A stretch of DNA of 64,000 nucleotides, taken from positions 2,176,001-2,240,000 of the forward strand of contig OZ253462.1 of NCBI GenBank assembly GCA_965261395.1, in the 5' to 3' direction. How positions within the stretch are numbered: position 1 is the stretch's first letter; each line of letters begins with the position of its first letter. The DNA comes from Candidatus Latescibacterota bacterium. GTDB lineage: Bacteria; Latescibacterota; UBA2968; UBA8231. The notes beneath the pieces were generated by a model, which ran no database searches, was not told where the DNA came from, and was given only the letters and a program-made list of their open reading frames with translations. Below are positions 38,125-48,665 of the stretch, one piece after another. Position numbers and translations under genes: made by a program.

Positions 38125-39729
38125 ATGTACGACCTGTTAATCCGCAACGCCCAGCTCCTCGACGGCAGCGGCCAGCCAGCTTTCCGCGGCGACATCGCCA
38201 TCGAGCAGGGCCGCATCGTGGCCATCGGCGACCTTGCTGCGGCCGAAGCGAGTCGCACCATCGACGCCGAGGGCCGCATCGCCTGCCCCGGCTTTATCGA
38301 CATCCACACGCATTCGGACCTGACCATCGCTCTCGACGGCCGCGCGCTCAGTTCCCTAACGCAGGGCATTACGACCCAAGTTATGGGCAACTGCGGAGTA
38401 TCGGCCGCGCCCACCCGCGACTACGAGCCGTACTACGGCCCGCTCGACCCGGCGATGACCCGTGGCTTGGCGTGCGACTGGACCCATTTCGGCGACTATT
38501 TCCAGCGGCTCGAAGCCAATGGATTGGGCACGAATACCGCGACCTTGGTCGGCCACGGCAACGTGCGCGTCGCCGCCATGGGCTACGACGACCGCCCGCC
38601 GACTGCGGCGGAAATGGAGCAGATGAAGGCACTCGTCGCCCGCGCGATGGAAGACGGCGCGATGGGGCTGTCGTCGGGCTTGGCGTACGCGCCCGGCCCG
38701 TATGCGGCGCTGGAAGAACTCATCGAGTTGGGGAAGGTCGTCTCTGAGTACGGCGGCATCTATACCTCGCACATCCGCAACCAGACCGAGTCGATTGCCC
38801 AAGCCGTCGGCGAGGTCATTGCCGTCGGCGAGCAAGCTGCGGTTACAGCCCACGTCTCGCACATGCAGCCTGGTGCGCCGATGATCGGCGCGACCCGCGA
38901 TCTGCTCGCGACCATCGACCAGAAGCGCCGCGAGGGCTGCGACATTAGCTGCGACGCCATTCCCTATACGGTCGGCAGCACCACCCTCAAGTCGCTGTTG
39001 CCCCCTTGGGCCTTGGCCGGTGGTGACGAGGCCCTGCTCCGGCGGCTACAAGACCCAGAGACCCGCGCCAAGATCGAGCAGGACACCATACAGCACGGGG
39101 CCGAGAGCGGCGGCAGCCGCAAGCGCAACTTGGCGCGGAATGGGCAATGGGACAAAATCTGGCTGGGCAGTGCCGAGCAAAACGCTGCCCTAGTCGGCTT
39201 GAGCTTTGCCGAGATCGGTCGGCGGCGCGGTCAGGACCCCCACGACGCGGTCTGCGACATCCTCGTCGAAGAGCGCGCGCGGCCGTGGATGCTGGCCGAG
39301 GACGTGTCTGAGGAGGACTTCCTCAACATCGCCCGCCACCCCACCGGCGGCGTCATCTCCGATGGCTTCTCGCTGGTACCCGAAGGCACTTTGGCCGAGG
39401 GCAAGCACCACCCCCGCTCCTATGGGGCCTTCCCCTACTTCCTGCGCCGCTTCGTCCGCGAGCAAGGCGCGCTGCGCTGGGAAGAGGCCATCCACAAGCT
39501 CACCGGGCACCCCGCCGCCCGCTTCCGCTTGAACGAGCGCGGCCTGTTGCGCGAAGGCTACTGGGCCGACTTGGTGGTCTTCGACCCCGCAGCCATTGGC
39601 GAGTGCGCCGACTTTGCCGACCCCTACCGCTATCCGCAGGGCATCGACTGCGTAATCGTCAATGGACAGATCGCCGTTGAACAAGGAGAAATAGCCGACA
39701 GTCGCGCCGGACAGATCATCCGGGCATGA
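38125..39729 (+). CDS. D-aminoacylase (N-acyl-D-amino acid deacylase) family
   Basis: PGFIDIHTHSD, GNCG, SHIR, SD, HPRSYG.F, ADLVVFD. Confidence 0.92.
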   Translation: MYDLLIRNAQLLDGSGQPAFRGDIAIEQGRIVAIGDLAAAEASRTIDAEGRIACPGFIDIHTHSDLTIALDGRALSSLTQGITTQVMGNCGVSAAPTRDYEPYYGPLDPAMTRGLACDWTHFGDYFQRLEANGLGTNTATLVGHGNVRVAAMGYDDRPPTAAEMEQMKALVARAMEDGAMGLSSGLAYAPGPYAALEELIELGKVVSEYGGIYTSHIRNQTESIAQAVGEVIAVGEQAAVTAHVSHMQPGAPMIGATRDLLATIDQKRREGCDISCDAIPYTVGSTTLKSLLPPWALAGGDEALLRRLQDPETRAKIEQDTIQHGAESGGSRKRNLARNGQWDKIWLGSAEQNAALVGLSFAEIGRRRGQDPHDAVCDILVEERARPWMLAEDVSEEDFLNIARHPTGGVISDGFSLVPEGTLAEGKHHPRSYGAFPYFLRRFVREQGALRWEEAIHKLTGHPAARFRLNERGLLREGYWADLVVFDPAAIGECADFADPYRYPQGIDCVIVNGQIAVEQGEIADSRAGQIIRA

Positions 39730-41003
39730 GCTATGCCCAACTAACGCGCTTCATGTTGCCCTTGGTGGTGACGGCGCTGGTACAAGAGCTCAGCGGCCAG
39801 TTCCTCAATGGCGGCATGGCGCGGATGCCGAAGGCAGTCGAAACGCTGGCCGCGTTTGGCTTGGCCTTTGGCTTGGCTTTGTTCCTCTCCGGCCCCCTGT
39901 CTCAGGTGCGGCAGCTCGGCTTGGTTCTCGTCGAGCACACCCAAGGCTACCGAGTCTGCTTCCGCTTCGTGTTGGCCGCTGGGCTGCTATTGGCTGGTAT
40001 CTTAGCCAGCTTGGCGCTGACGCCTTTGGGGACTTGGATCATCAACGATTTACACGGGGTCGATCCCGCACTCGGAGAGGCGGTGCGCTTGGCCCTGCTG
40101 TGGCTCGTTCCTTTCCCCGTCCTGCACGGGATGACGCGCTTTTACAGCGGCGAACTCATCCGCGTCCGCCGCACCGACATCCCCGCCTACGCCACCACCA
40201 CCGGAATCGCCCTCAGCATCCTCGCGGTCTTTGCGCTGCTGCCGCTCGGCTTTGTCCGCCAAACCCCCATTCTATTGCCGGTCCTCGCCACGTACACGGG
40301 TGCTCTCACCGAGCTTTGCGTGGTCGCGTGGGGGCGCTGGCGCTTGGTGCACTGGCCCGCGCCAGCCAACGCGCCGGTCCTGACCTACTTCTACGTCCTG
40401 CGCTTCTTCTGGCCCTTGGCACTGATCATGGCCGTGCAGGCTGGCACCCGGCCGCTGATCAACGTGTTCGTCGCCCGCAGCGCCGACGGCACCGAAGCGC
40501 TGGCCGTGCTGACCATCGTCTATGCGCTCGGCCACATCCCCTATGGCTGGCTCAACGAACTGCGCAACCTGCCGACGGCCTTCCGCCAAGAAGGGGATTT
40601 GGCCAAGATCCGCCGCTTCTGCTGGGGCTGTTGTCTGTTTTCCTGTGCGTGGATGTTGGCGCTGTTTTGGACGCCGGCTGTCAATTACATACTCGGCGCT
40701 TGGATCGGCATTGGCCCCGAATTGATCGCCGACTGCAAGACGCCGCTGCTACTCTTTACGGGCTTTCCCTTTGTCGTCAGCCTGCGCAGTTACTTCCACG
40801 GCATCGGCCTGCTCCAGCACCGCACCCAAGCCATGGCCCCGAGTGCTCCGTCGCGCGTAGCGACGGTCTTGCTGATGTTAGCCCTGCTGGCCAATTTCGA
40901 GCTCCACGGTGCGACCTTGGCCGTGGGTGCCTTAGTCAGCGGCCACACTGTGGAGGCCTTGGTCGTCTGGTGGAGCATTGGGCGCGGTCGGCGAGCCTCT
41001 TGA
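39726..41003 (+). CDS. MATE/ANKH-like polytopic membrane transporter
   Basis: About 12 hydrophobic helices; internal duplication RFMLPL / RFFWPL. Confidence 0.7.
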   Translation: MSYAQLTRFMLPLVVTALVQELSGQFLNGGMARMPKAVETLAAFGLAFGLALFLSGPLSQVRQLGLVLVEHTQGYRVCFRFVLAAGLLLAGILASLALTPLGTWIINDLHGVDPALGEAVRLALLWLVPFPVLHGMTRFYSGELIRVRRTDIPAYATTTGIALSILAVFALLPLGFVRQTPILLPVLATYTGALTELCVVAWGRWRLVHWPAPANAPVLTYFYVLRFFWPLALIMAVQAGTRPLINVFVARSADGTEALAVLTIVYALGHIPYGWLNELRNLPTAFRQEGDLAKIRRFCWGCCLFSCAWMLALFWTPAVNYILGAWIGIGPELIADCKTPLLLFTGFPFVVSLRSYFHGIGLLQHRTQAMAPSAPSRVATVLLMLALLANFELHGATLAVGALVSGHTVEALVVWWSIGRGRRAS

Positions 41004-41141
41004 CGCAGCTAGGTCTCTGTCCAACGTTCTATGCAGATTTTGCGGGTGGGCAACCACAGGGGTTGTCCTTACCAAATCTCTGTAGTCATGCCCTTACCAA
41101 ATTCCTGATCCAACCACACAACCCGGAAAGGGACGCCATCC

Positions 41142-42776
41142 ATGAACGGCAACCAAGCCATTGCCCACATCCTCAAGGCCGAAGGCGTCGCGTGGCTGTC
41201 GGCTTTTCCCGCCCAGTCGCTGATTGACGAGGCGGCACGCGCTGGTATCCGGCCCATTATCTGCCGCCAGGAGCGGACGGGCGTCAACATGGCCGACGGC
41301 TTTAGCCGCACGACCAATGGCCGCCCCTTTGGCGTCTTTACCATGCAGACCGGGCCGGGGGCTGAAAACGCCCTTGGTGGCGCGGCCCAGGCCTACGCTG
41401 ATTCCATTCCCCTGCTGCTCTTGCCCGGCGGCGCGCCCACGGCCCGCACGCAAGTGCCGCCCAACTTCGACGCGGTGGATAACTATCGCGGCATCACCAA
41501 ATGGGCCGCGAACATCAACCGCGTCGAGCGCATTCCCGAGCTGATGCGCCGCGCCTTTAGCCAACTCGCCCACGGCCGCCCCGGGCCAGTGCTGGTGGAA
41601 ATCCCCAGCGACTTGGCCACCGCCGAATTTCCCGGTGATCTCGACTATCAACCGGTCAAAGCCTACAAGTCGGGGGCCGACCCTGACGTGGTGCGCGAGT
41701 TGGTCGCCGCGCTGGTCAAGGCCGAATGCCCGGTCATCAACGCCGGGCACGGCGTGATGTGGGCCGAAGCCACGGACCAGCTCGTGGCCCTTGCCGAGCT
41801 GCTCAATGTGCCCGTTATGACCACCTTGGCCGGTAAGAGCGCGTTTCCCGAGAACCATGCGCTCGCGCTGGGCACCGGCGGCCACACCGGCACGCTGATG
41901 GTCGATCGCTTCTTGCAAAAGACCGACTTCGTCTTGGGCGTGGGCACCAGCTTTACCATCTCGGTCTTCAATGCTCCCATGCCCGACCGCGCCGTCTTGG
42001 CACAGGTGACCAACTGCGCGGAGGATCTCAACAAGGACTACCGGATCGATTTGGGGGCCATCGGCGATGCGCGGATCGTGCTGGAGCAGATCATCGAGGA
42101 AGTCCGCCGGCAGCTCGGGACCGACGGGCGAGGAGACGGCGGAGTTGCGGCCGAGATCGCAGCCATCCGCGCTGAGTTCAACACCGCATGGGCACCGAGA
42201 TTTCGCTCGGACGAGGTGCCGATAAACCCCTACCGGGTCTTCGCCGAACTCGCTCGCGCCGTGGATGTGCCCAACACCATCATCACCCACGACTCGGGCT
42301 ATCCCCGCGATCAGCTCGTGCCGTTCTGGCGGCCCCAAGTCCCCAGAGGATACATCGGCTGGGGCAAATCGACCCAGCTCGGCTACGGCTTGGGCTTGGC
42401 CTTGGGGGCCAAGTTGGCCGCGCCGGACAAGCAGGTCATCAACGTCATGGGCGATGCGGCTTTTGGCATGGCGGGCCTCGACATTGAGACTGCGGTGCGC
42501 GCAGAAATTCCCATTCTCACGGTGGTGCTCAACAACGGTGTAATGACCCACTACGACCAGCACATGCCCTACGCCAGCGAGCACTGGCAGAGCAACCAAC
42601 TCGGCGGTCACTACGCGCAGGTAGCCGAGGCCCTCGGTGCCCACGCCGAGCGCGTTGAGGCACCCCCGGACTTGGCCCCGGCCATCCAACGCGCACTCGC
42701 GGCCAATCTCGAAGGTCGAGCCGCTCTGTTGGAGGTGATGACCAAGGCGGAAGAAAACGTCGCCAAATTTTGGTAA
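41142..42776 (+). CDS. Thiamine-pyrophosphate-requiring enzyme (acetolactate synthase superfamily)
   Basis: RQER...MADG, GPG, GDAAFGM...LNN TPP motif. Confidence 0.92.
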   Translation: MNGNQAIAHILKAEGVAWLSAFPAQSLIDEAARAGIRPIICRQERTGVNMADGFSRTTNGRPFGVFTMQTGPGAENALGGAAQAYADSIPLLLLPGGAPTARTQVPPNFDAVDNYRGITKWAANINRVERIPELMRRAFSQLAHGRPGPVLVEIPSDLATAEFPGDLDYQPVKAYKSGADPDVVRELVAALVKAECPVINAGHGVMWAEATDQLVALAELLNVPVMTTLAGKSAFPENHALALGTGGHTGTLMVDRFLQKTDFVLGVGTSFTISVFNAPMPDRAVLAQVTNCAEDLNKDYRIDLGAIGDARIVLEQIIEEVRRQLGTDGRGDGGVAAEIAAIRAEFNTAWAPRFRSDEVPINPYRVFAELARAVDVPNTIITHDSGYPRDQLVPFWRPQVPRGYIGWGKSTQLGYGLGLALGAKLAAPDKQVINVMGDAAFGMAGLDIETAVRAEIPILTVVLNNGVMTHYDQHMPYASEHWQSNQLGGHYAQVAEALGAHAERVEAPPDLAPAIQRALAANLEGRAALLEVMTKAEENVAKFW

Positions 42777-42787
42777 AGGAGGAGCAA

Positions 42788-43870
42788 ATGGACCAGTACA
42801 AAGCCGTTCTCATCGGTTGCAGTCGCATGGGCGCTTTCATCGACAACGAAGTCCCGCCCGATATGCGCCCGTACTCCCACGCCGCCGGATACGAGGCTTG
42901 TGAGCGCACGGACCTCGTCGCCTGCTCGGATCTGCGCGTCGATGTAATGGAAAGGGTCGGCGCGCGCTACGGCATCCCCGCGGACAAGCAGTACACCGAC
43001 TACCGCGAAATGCTCGCCCGCGAAAAGCCGGACATCGTCAGCGTCGCCACTCAGCCCGAGCACCGCGCCGAGATCGTCATCGCGGCAACCGAAGCGGGTG
43101 CCCGTGCGATCTACGCGGAAAAGGCGTTCTCGGCTTCGCTGGAGGAAGCCGACCGCATGGTCGAAGCCTGCCAGCGCCACAATGTCGCACTCAACATGGG
43201 CACCAATCGCCGCTTTCACCCCGGCTACGACCAAATGAAGGCCGTCATCGACTCCGGGGAAATCGGCGCGTTGCAAACCCTCATCATCCACCTAACGAGT
43301 TCGCTCTTCAACGGTGCCAGCCACAGCTTTGACCTGCTCCAGCGCCTCAATTCCGACGCCCCCGCTGCTTGGGTGCAAGCGCATTTGCCCAATGGCGATG
43401 AGATTATCGACGGCGATATCCTGCGCGAGGATCCGGTCGGGCACGGCATCATCCAGTTCGCCAACGGCGTCACCGCGTACGCGCTCAATTCGGGTCGGGG
43501 TTTGGAAGTGGAGGCCGTCTGCGAAAAAGGTGTGGTGACGGCACTGGGCAATGATAAAGAGTGGCAGCTACGGGCACCGGTAGCACACGATCACCGGGGC
43601 CGCGATAAATTGGGCTTGGTGGAATTCCCTTCTTTCGAGCACCGGGCTTCGACGCTTTGCTTGGTCGAGGATTTGGTCCACTCACTCGATACGGGCGCTC
43701 CGCCGCGCGGCGGTGCGGAGCTGGCGCGGGCTAATACCGAGCTAATTTTCGCGTTTGTGGAGTCTCACCAGCGCGGCGGTGCTCGCGTAGAGTTGCCGCT
43801 GGCCGGGAGCGCCTATCGGTTGGAGCGGGACCGCGCGCCGAGGCAGCCTAAGTACGAGGCGGACGCTTAG
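42788..43870 (+). CDS. Gfo/Idh/MocA family oxidoreductase
   Basis: LIGCSRMG, PDIVSVAT, AEK, SHSFD. Confidence 0.88.
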   Translation: MDQYKAVLIGCSRMGAFIDNEVPPDMRPYSHAAGYEACERTDLVACSDLRVDVMERVGARYGIPADKQYTDYREMLAREKPDIVSVATQPEHRAEIVIAATEAGARAIYAEKAFSASLEEADRMVEACQRHNVALNMGTNRRFHPGYDQMKAVIDSGEIGALQTLIIHLTSSLFNGASHSFDLLQRLNSDAPAAWVQAHLPNGDEIIDGDILREDPVGHGIIQFANGVTAYALNSGRGLEVEAVCEKGVVTALGNDKEWQLRAPVAHDHRGRDKLGLVEFPSFEHRASTLCLVEDLVHSLDTGAPPRGGAELARANTELIFAFVESHQRGGARVELPLAGSAYRLERDRAPRQPKYEADA

Positions 43871-43879
43871 GTGCAGGGC

Positions 43880-44098
43880 AGCTAGGTCCGTCCTCAGAAC
43901 ATTTAACACGTCCTCGATGGATGCAAAAACCGGAATGTCCAGCCCGTATTCCGCCCACCGCTCCTGATTCTGCTGAATCACTGCGGGATCGGCATCGTAC
44001 ATCCCCACTAGTTCCACCTCGCCCGGCCTTGCCGCCGCCTCCCGCACGTGCATGGCCGCGTGCCTGTGCCAAGCGCCTAGGAATGCAAACTTCAACAT
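43880..44098 (-). pseudogene. N-terminal remnant of a Gfo/Idh/MocA oxidoreductase
   Basis: AAGGAG RBS; MLKFAFLGAWHRHA...ELVGMYD...SIEDVL, then collides with the convergent gene. Confidence 0.7.
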
Positions 44099-44112
44099 GC
44101 TCTTGTTTCTCC

Positions 44113-45381
44113 TTACCAAGTACCCACAAATTCGTCCACGCCAAAGCCCTCGGGCATCTCATTGTTAAAGGTGCGCAACGGCCGGGATTCGAAGTTCGGC
44201 GGGTCGGCGGCGGGCCGAAGGCTCGCGTATATGTCGCTGTAATGTTGGTGGACGCGGGCCTCGGCTTGCTGCAATCGCTCGTTGAGCGCGGCCAAGCGGC
44301 TTTGCAGGGCCTCGGCTTCGGCGGCGGTAAAGCGCTGCGCCATATCCTCGGAGTAGGATGCGGGCGGTGAGCCATCGATCAGCGGCTTGCGCTCTTGCAC
44401 GGACATCTGGGCGATCTCCGGCCGGTGCAGAAAGACGACCTTGTTGGCGATCCGGCACAACAGTACCACGCTTACCATGCGGCCGAACTCTCCTCGGTGC
44501 AGCTCGGCCAAGCAAGTGCGGAATTTTGGCTCGTCGCGGGCAATCAGCGTGCGGAAGGTTGCCTCAATCTGGTCCTGCTCCCGATCGTAGCACTCGGCCC
44601 AATGGGCAAAGCGAGCCTTGGTCTCGGGCGAGGCGTGTTGCAGGAAGCCATCGGCGTGATACCAGTCGAGATGGTGGTGATACGAGAAAATCTGGCTGCC
44701 GAAGGAGCGAAAGCCTAGGTGGATGGTGCGGCGCAGCCGGCTGGTGTACTGGCTGCCCCAGTGCATCATCAAGTTGGGATAGACGATCCCGTCGCCGGGC
44801 TGTAGCTCGATGGGGATTCCGCCTTCTAGCGGCACTTTTGGGTCCAGCATGAGCTGCCGCCGCTGCCCTTCGTTGGTGGGTTGCTTGTGACTCTCGGGCA
44901 GGATCCAGAATACGTCGTCTTCGTAGAGCGCGATGTTCCACTGCACATATCCTGGGGCATTGGCCATGAGATCCGCTTGCATGCCGCTGAGTGGTGCCTG
45001 CTCAGCCGAGCTGGCGTCGCGGTGCCAATCCGTGTATCCATAATCGATCAGCCCGCTGCACAGCGCACCAAAGGCAGTAAGGGCCGTCACCGGAGCCTGC
45101 ATGAGCTGGGCGCTGACGCCAAAGGTCGTCTCGCCGAGGCAAAAGTCGATGACATCGGCGGTCTCGGCATCAATCGAATTCATGGTCAGTCGCGGTTGGG
45201 CGCTTTCGTACCAAGCACCGCCGAGCGGGTCGCCGGGTTGGCGTGCGGCCGCCGAGCGCGCCTTTTCACGGTCCACCATCCACTCGATGGCGAGCCGCAT
45301 CGCGTCCAACCGCTCGGGCGGCACGACGTTGCGCAGGATCAGGTAGCCTTCGCCGCGGAATTGTTGCAGATCGACGTGCAT
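44113..45381 (-). CDS. PhyH-family dioxygenase with C-terminal helical extension
   Basis: FRGEGYLILRNV, WHRD, LPESH, MHWG, RRTIH. Confidence 0.82.
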   Translation of the reverse strand: MHVDLQQFRGEGYLILRNVVPPERLDAMRLAIEWMVDREKARSAAARQPGDPLGGAWYESAQPRLTMNSIDAETADVIDFCLGETTFGVSAQLMQAPVTALTAFGALCSGLIDYGYTDWHRDASSAEQAPLSGMQADLMANAPGYVQWNIALYEDDVFWILPESHKQPTNEGQRRQLMLDPKVPLEGGIPIELQPGDGIVYPNLMMHWGSQYTSRLRRTIHLGFRSFGSQIFSYHHHLDWYHADGFLQHASPETKARFAHWAECYDREQDQIEATFRTLIARDEPKFRTCLAELHRGEFGRMVSVVLLCRIANKVVFLHRPEIAQMSVQERKPLIDGSPPASYSEDMAQRFTAAEAEALQSRLAALNERLQQAEARVHQHYSDIYASLRPAADPPNFESRPLRTFNNEMPEGFGVDEFVGTW

Positions 45382-45407
45382 GACGCTCTCCTATCGTTGG
45401 GAGGCCG

Positions 45408-46805
45408 CTAGCTGCGAGCGGCTCGTTCGATCAAAAGCCGATCCTGCTGGCTTTGCCGCACCTGCGCCTCCAAGGCGACCGGGTCCCACTCGGACAATAG
45501 TCGCTCTTGGAGGTCGGCTAAGATGGCCGCGTGGGCTGGATGGTCCGCTAGGTCGTCGAACTCGTTGGGGTCGGCCTCTACGTCGTATAGCTGGGGTGGA
45601 TCCCCCAAGCTGTAGTGGAGCTTGTAGCGGCCGCGCCGCAGCATGGCCGTGGGCCCCGCCACGCCGTGGGCTAGGTATTCGGAAAATGCTTCGTCCTTCC
45701 AGCCCGCGTCTTGCCCTTGTAGCAATCCCAATAGACTATCGCCGTCCAGCGGTCCTGTGCTGGGCGCGTCGGCCACATCGACAATGGTCGCCACCAGATC
45801 CACTAGCGAGACCACTTCGCCGATGTGCTGACCGGCGGGAATCTGCCCAGGATAGACCATTTGCAGCGGCACCTTGGCGGACGCCTCGTACATGCTCGAC
45901 TTCCGCCACATGCCGTGCTCGCCGTTCATTTCTCCGTGATCGCTGAAATTCACGATGAGCGTATTGTCGCGCTGTCCGGTCTCTTCTAAGGCGGCGAGCA
46001 GGCGGCCGATCTTCTCGTCGAGATAGGTAATCAGCCCATAGTAGCCGGCGCGTGCGCAGCGCACCTGTTCTGCGGGGAAATCGACTGCCCCGAACATCGC
46101 CCGCATCCGCTGGTGGACGGGGTGCTGGCTTTCGAGGTGGCCGGGGGGAATTTCCGGCATGTCGATTTGGTCGAGGGGATAGAGATTAAAAAACCGCTCG
46201 GGCACTACGAGCGGAAAATGCGGCGCAATAAATGAGACATTTAGTGCCCAAGGCTGCTCCTTGCGGGCCGGGTCGCGCAGGTAGGCCAACGCCTGCTGTT
46301 CCACCAGATCATCGACTTCGATCTCTTGGGTCGTCCCCGGCCCGGCCTCGGCCACGCCGCCCCAGGGCTTGTCGGCTGGTGGCGTGCCCTTGCTCCAGTC
46401 GGGCGTGCCGCGCGGGATGCCATCTTTGGTCCACAGCTCGGCGTGCAAATCGCGTGCTAGCTGGGCGCGGAAGCCGTGTAGCTGATCGGGGCCGCAAAAG
46501 TGCTGCTTGCCCGACAGCACCACATCGTAGCCAGCGGCGCGCAGCCGATGGGCCCAAGTGACCGCATCCGACGGCAGGGGGCTGGCATTGTCAAAGGCCC
46601 CGATCTGGCCGATGTAGCGGCCGGTCATAAACGACATCCGCGACGGCAGGCAGAGCGGCGAGTTGCAATAGGCGTTGTCAAAGGTCGCACCCTCGGCGGC
46701 CAATTGATCCATAAAGGGCGTCTGCACGAGCGGATGCCCATAGGGGCCGCTGTACATGGGCGCGTGCTCGTCGGTCATAATGAGCAGTATGTTGGGACGA
46801 TTCAC
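45408..46805 (-). CDS. Cys-type sulfatase (choline-sulfatase-like)
   Basis: PNILLIMTDE, CLPSR, GKQH, PHFP, SDHGE. Confidence 0.93.
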   Translation of the reverse strand: MNRPNILLIMTDEHAPMYSGPYGHPLVQTPFMDQLAAEGATFDNAYCNSPLCLPSRMSFMTGRYIGQIGAFDNASPLPSDAVTWAHRLRAAGYDVVLSGKQHFCGPDQLHGFRAQLARDLHAELWTKDGIPRGTPDWSKGTPPADKPWGGVAEAGPGTTQEIEVDDLVEQQALAYLRDPARKEQPWALNVSFIAPHFPLVVPERFFNLYPLDQIDMPEIPPGHLESQHPVHQRMRAMFGAVDFPAEQVRCARAGYYGLITYLDEKIGRLLAALEETGQRDNTLIVNFSDHGEMNGEHGMWRKSSMYEASAKVPLQMVYPGQIPAGQHIGEVVSLVDLVATIVDVADAPSTGPLDGDSLLGLLQGQDAGWKDEAFSEYLAHGVAGPTAMLRRGRYKLHYSLGDPPQLYDVEADPNEFDDLADHPAHAAILADLQERLLSEWDPVALEAQVRQSQQDRLLIERAARS

Positions 46806-46881
46806 GGGTTGCTCCTAGTTTGTGGGCGTGAAGAATCGCGGGCCAAGATAAGTCAAACAAATCTCGTCAACCAGCCGCCGC

Positions 46882-47310
46882 TCAGCCATCACCCCGCACG
46901 CCCAAGCCGTGGACATAGACTAATTCGCTACCGCAGTAGCCCGTCCACAAGACCAAGCCGCCGATCAGGACGCCGAGGGCGATCCACGCATAGAGCGGCC
47001 ATCCCGCAAGCCGTCCCTTGAGATGCAAGGGCAAGCGCCCGAGGACGGCTCCCAACCCCAATAGCAAGGTCCAAGTAGCGAGGGATTCGTGCGTGGCTAA
47101 CGGCTCAGCGGCCGGCCCATCCCAAGCCTTGTCCGCGGCCGCGTTGCCACTGAGCACGGCGGCCGTCGCCGCGAGTACACCCAACACCAGCAAGCCGTAC
47201 GCTAGATGGTGCCCGGCGCGGCGACCCAGCCACAGTGCGCCTAGATCGCACAGTGGACTCAGCGACAAGAGCGCGACGGGGTAGTGGACGATGAAGGGAT
47301 GCCAATCCAT
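46882..47310 (-). CDS. DUF2231-like membrane protein
   Basis: HPFIVHYP, HE, G..GSELVYVHG.GV. Confidence 0.82.
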   Translation of the reverse strand: MDWHPFIVHYPVALLSLSPLCDLGALWLGRRAGHHLAYGLLVLGVLAATAAVLSGNAAADKAWDGPAAEPLATHESLATWTLLLGLGAVLGRLPLHLKGRLAGWPLYAWIALGVLIGGLVLWTGYCGSELVYVHGLGVRGDG

Positions 47311-47360
47311 ATTGTTAATGAAGCTTGGGAACGCGATACCTCAAACCGGAGCAATGCCCC

Positions 47361-48659
47361 ATGGCCACGGACTTGTGCCAACACATCGCCGACACGCTGC
47401 TAATCGACACGCACGAACATCTGCGCAAGGAGCGCGATTGGGTCGAGAATGGCCCGGACATTTTGCAAGACCTTTTTGGCAACTACGTGCCCGCCGACCT
47501 GATCGCCGCCGGGGCCACTCCCGCAGACTTGCACAAGCTCAACGACGCCTCCGACCCAGACTTTGGCGCGCGCTTTGACGGCATCCGCGCGGCCTTTGCG
47601 GCCATCCGCTTCACCGGCTACGGCGAGGCCGTGCGCATTCTCGCACACGAAGTTTATGGCATGGCCGATTTTAGCGGCGACGAGCTGGACAAGGCGCAAG
47701 AAAAGCTCACTGCTTGGCGTCAACCCGGCGGGCGGCACGAACTGCTCAGCCAGATAGGCCGGCTGGACCACGTGCAGACCGACGACTTCTCTTGGCCCTG
47801 CACGCCCGACGAGTCCGGCGTGGACTTTTTCCTCTACGACTTGTCGTGGGCCGCCTTTTGCAACGGCCAAATTGACGCCGAGGCCATTGAGGGAGAAACC
47901 GGCGTGGCCGTCACCGACTTGGCTAGCCTCAAGCAGGGCATGGAAGCTATCTTCGACCAGCACGGCCCCCATGCCATAGCGGTCAAAGCCCAGCATGCGT
48001 ACAACCGCACACTGCGCTGGGAAGAGCGCGCCGACGCCGACGCCGAGCGCGTGCTCCAACGCCTGCTCCAGGGCACAGAGCTCGACGAGCCGAGCCGGTT
48101 GCTGTTGGGCGACTGGTGCTGGGCGCGGGGCACCGAGTTGGCGATCGAATACGAGCTGCCGTTCAAGATCCACACTGGCTACTACGCTGGCAACGACCGC
48201 ATGCCCGTTGACCGCATCAAAAGCGGCAACCTCTGCCCCTTGCTGGCCCGCTACCTCGATTGCCGCTTTGTACTGATGCACATTGCCTATCCCTATTCCA
48301 ACGAATTGGTCGCGCTGACCAAGCACTACCGCAACGTGTACGCCGACCTCTGCTGGGCGTGGTCCATTGATCCGTACAGCGCGTGCGACTTTGTGCGCCG
48401 CTTTATCCACGCCGCTCCTGCGTCCAAGCTCTTTGCCTTTGGCGGCGATACCGGCTGGCCGACCAGCTCGGTGGCCTACGCGATTCAGGCGCGCCGCTGG
48501 CTCACCCGTGCCCTCCAAGGCGAGATAGACGACGGCCTGCTGACCGAGGCCGAAGCTATAGAACTAGCGACCCGCTTTATGCGCGGCAACCAAGAGGCCT
48601 GTTTCGATTTGGCTGGGACGCGGCAGGCGCTACGCGAGACGGTTTCAGCGGCTGGCTAG
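47361..48659 (+). CDS. Amidohydrolase superfamily protein
   Basis: IDTHEH, IHTG, MHIAYPY, FGGD. Confidence 0.85.
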   Translation: MATDLCQHIADTLLIDTHEHLRKERDWVENGPDILQDLFGNYVPADLIAAGATPADLHKLNDASDPDFGARFDGIRAAFAAIRFTGYGEAVRILAHEVYGMADFSGDELDKAQEKLTAWRQPGGRHELLSQIGRLDHVQTDDFSWPCTPDESGVDFFLYDLSWAAFCNGQIDAEAIEGETGVAVTDLASLKQGMEAIFDQHGPHAIAVKAQHAYNRTLRWEERADADAERVLQRLLQGTELDEPSRLLLGDWCWARGTELAIEYELPFKIHTGYYAGNDRMPVDRIKSGNLCPLLARYLDCRFVLMHIAYPYSNELVALTKHYRNVYADLCWAWSIDPYSACDFVRRFIHAAPASKLFAFGGDTGWPTSSVAYAIQARRWLTRALQGEIDDGLLTEAEAIELATRFMRGNQEACFDLAGTRQALRETVSAAG

Positions 48660-48665
48660 GGTTCG

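Noticed and set aside
41094-42689. 531-aa minus-strand ORF (similarly 47400-48518 and 40034-41227)
   Set aside because: Shadow ORFs of well-supported genes, typical of high-GC DNA.
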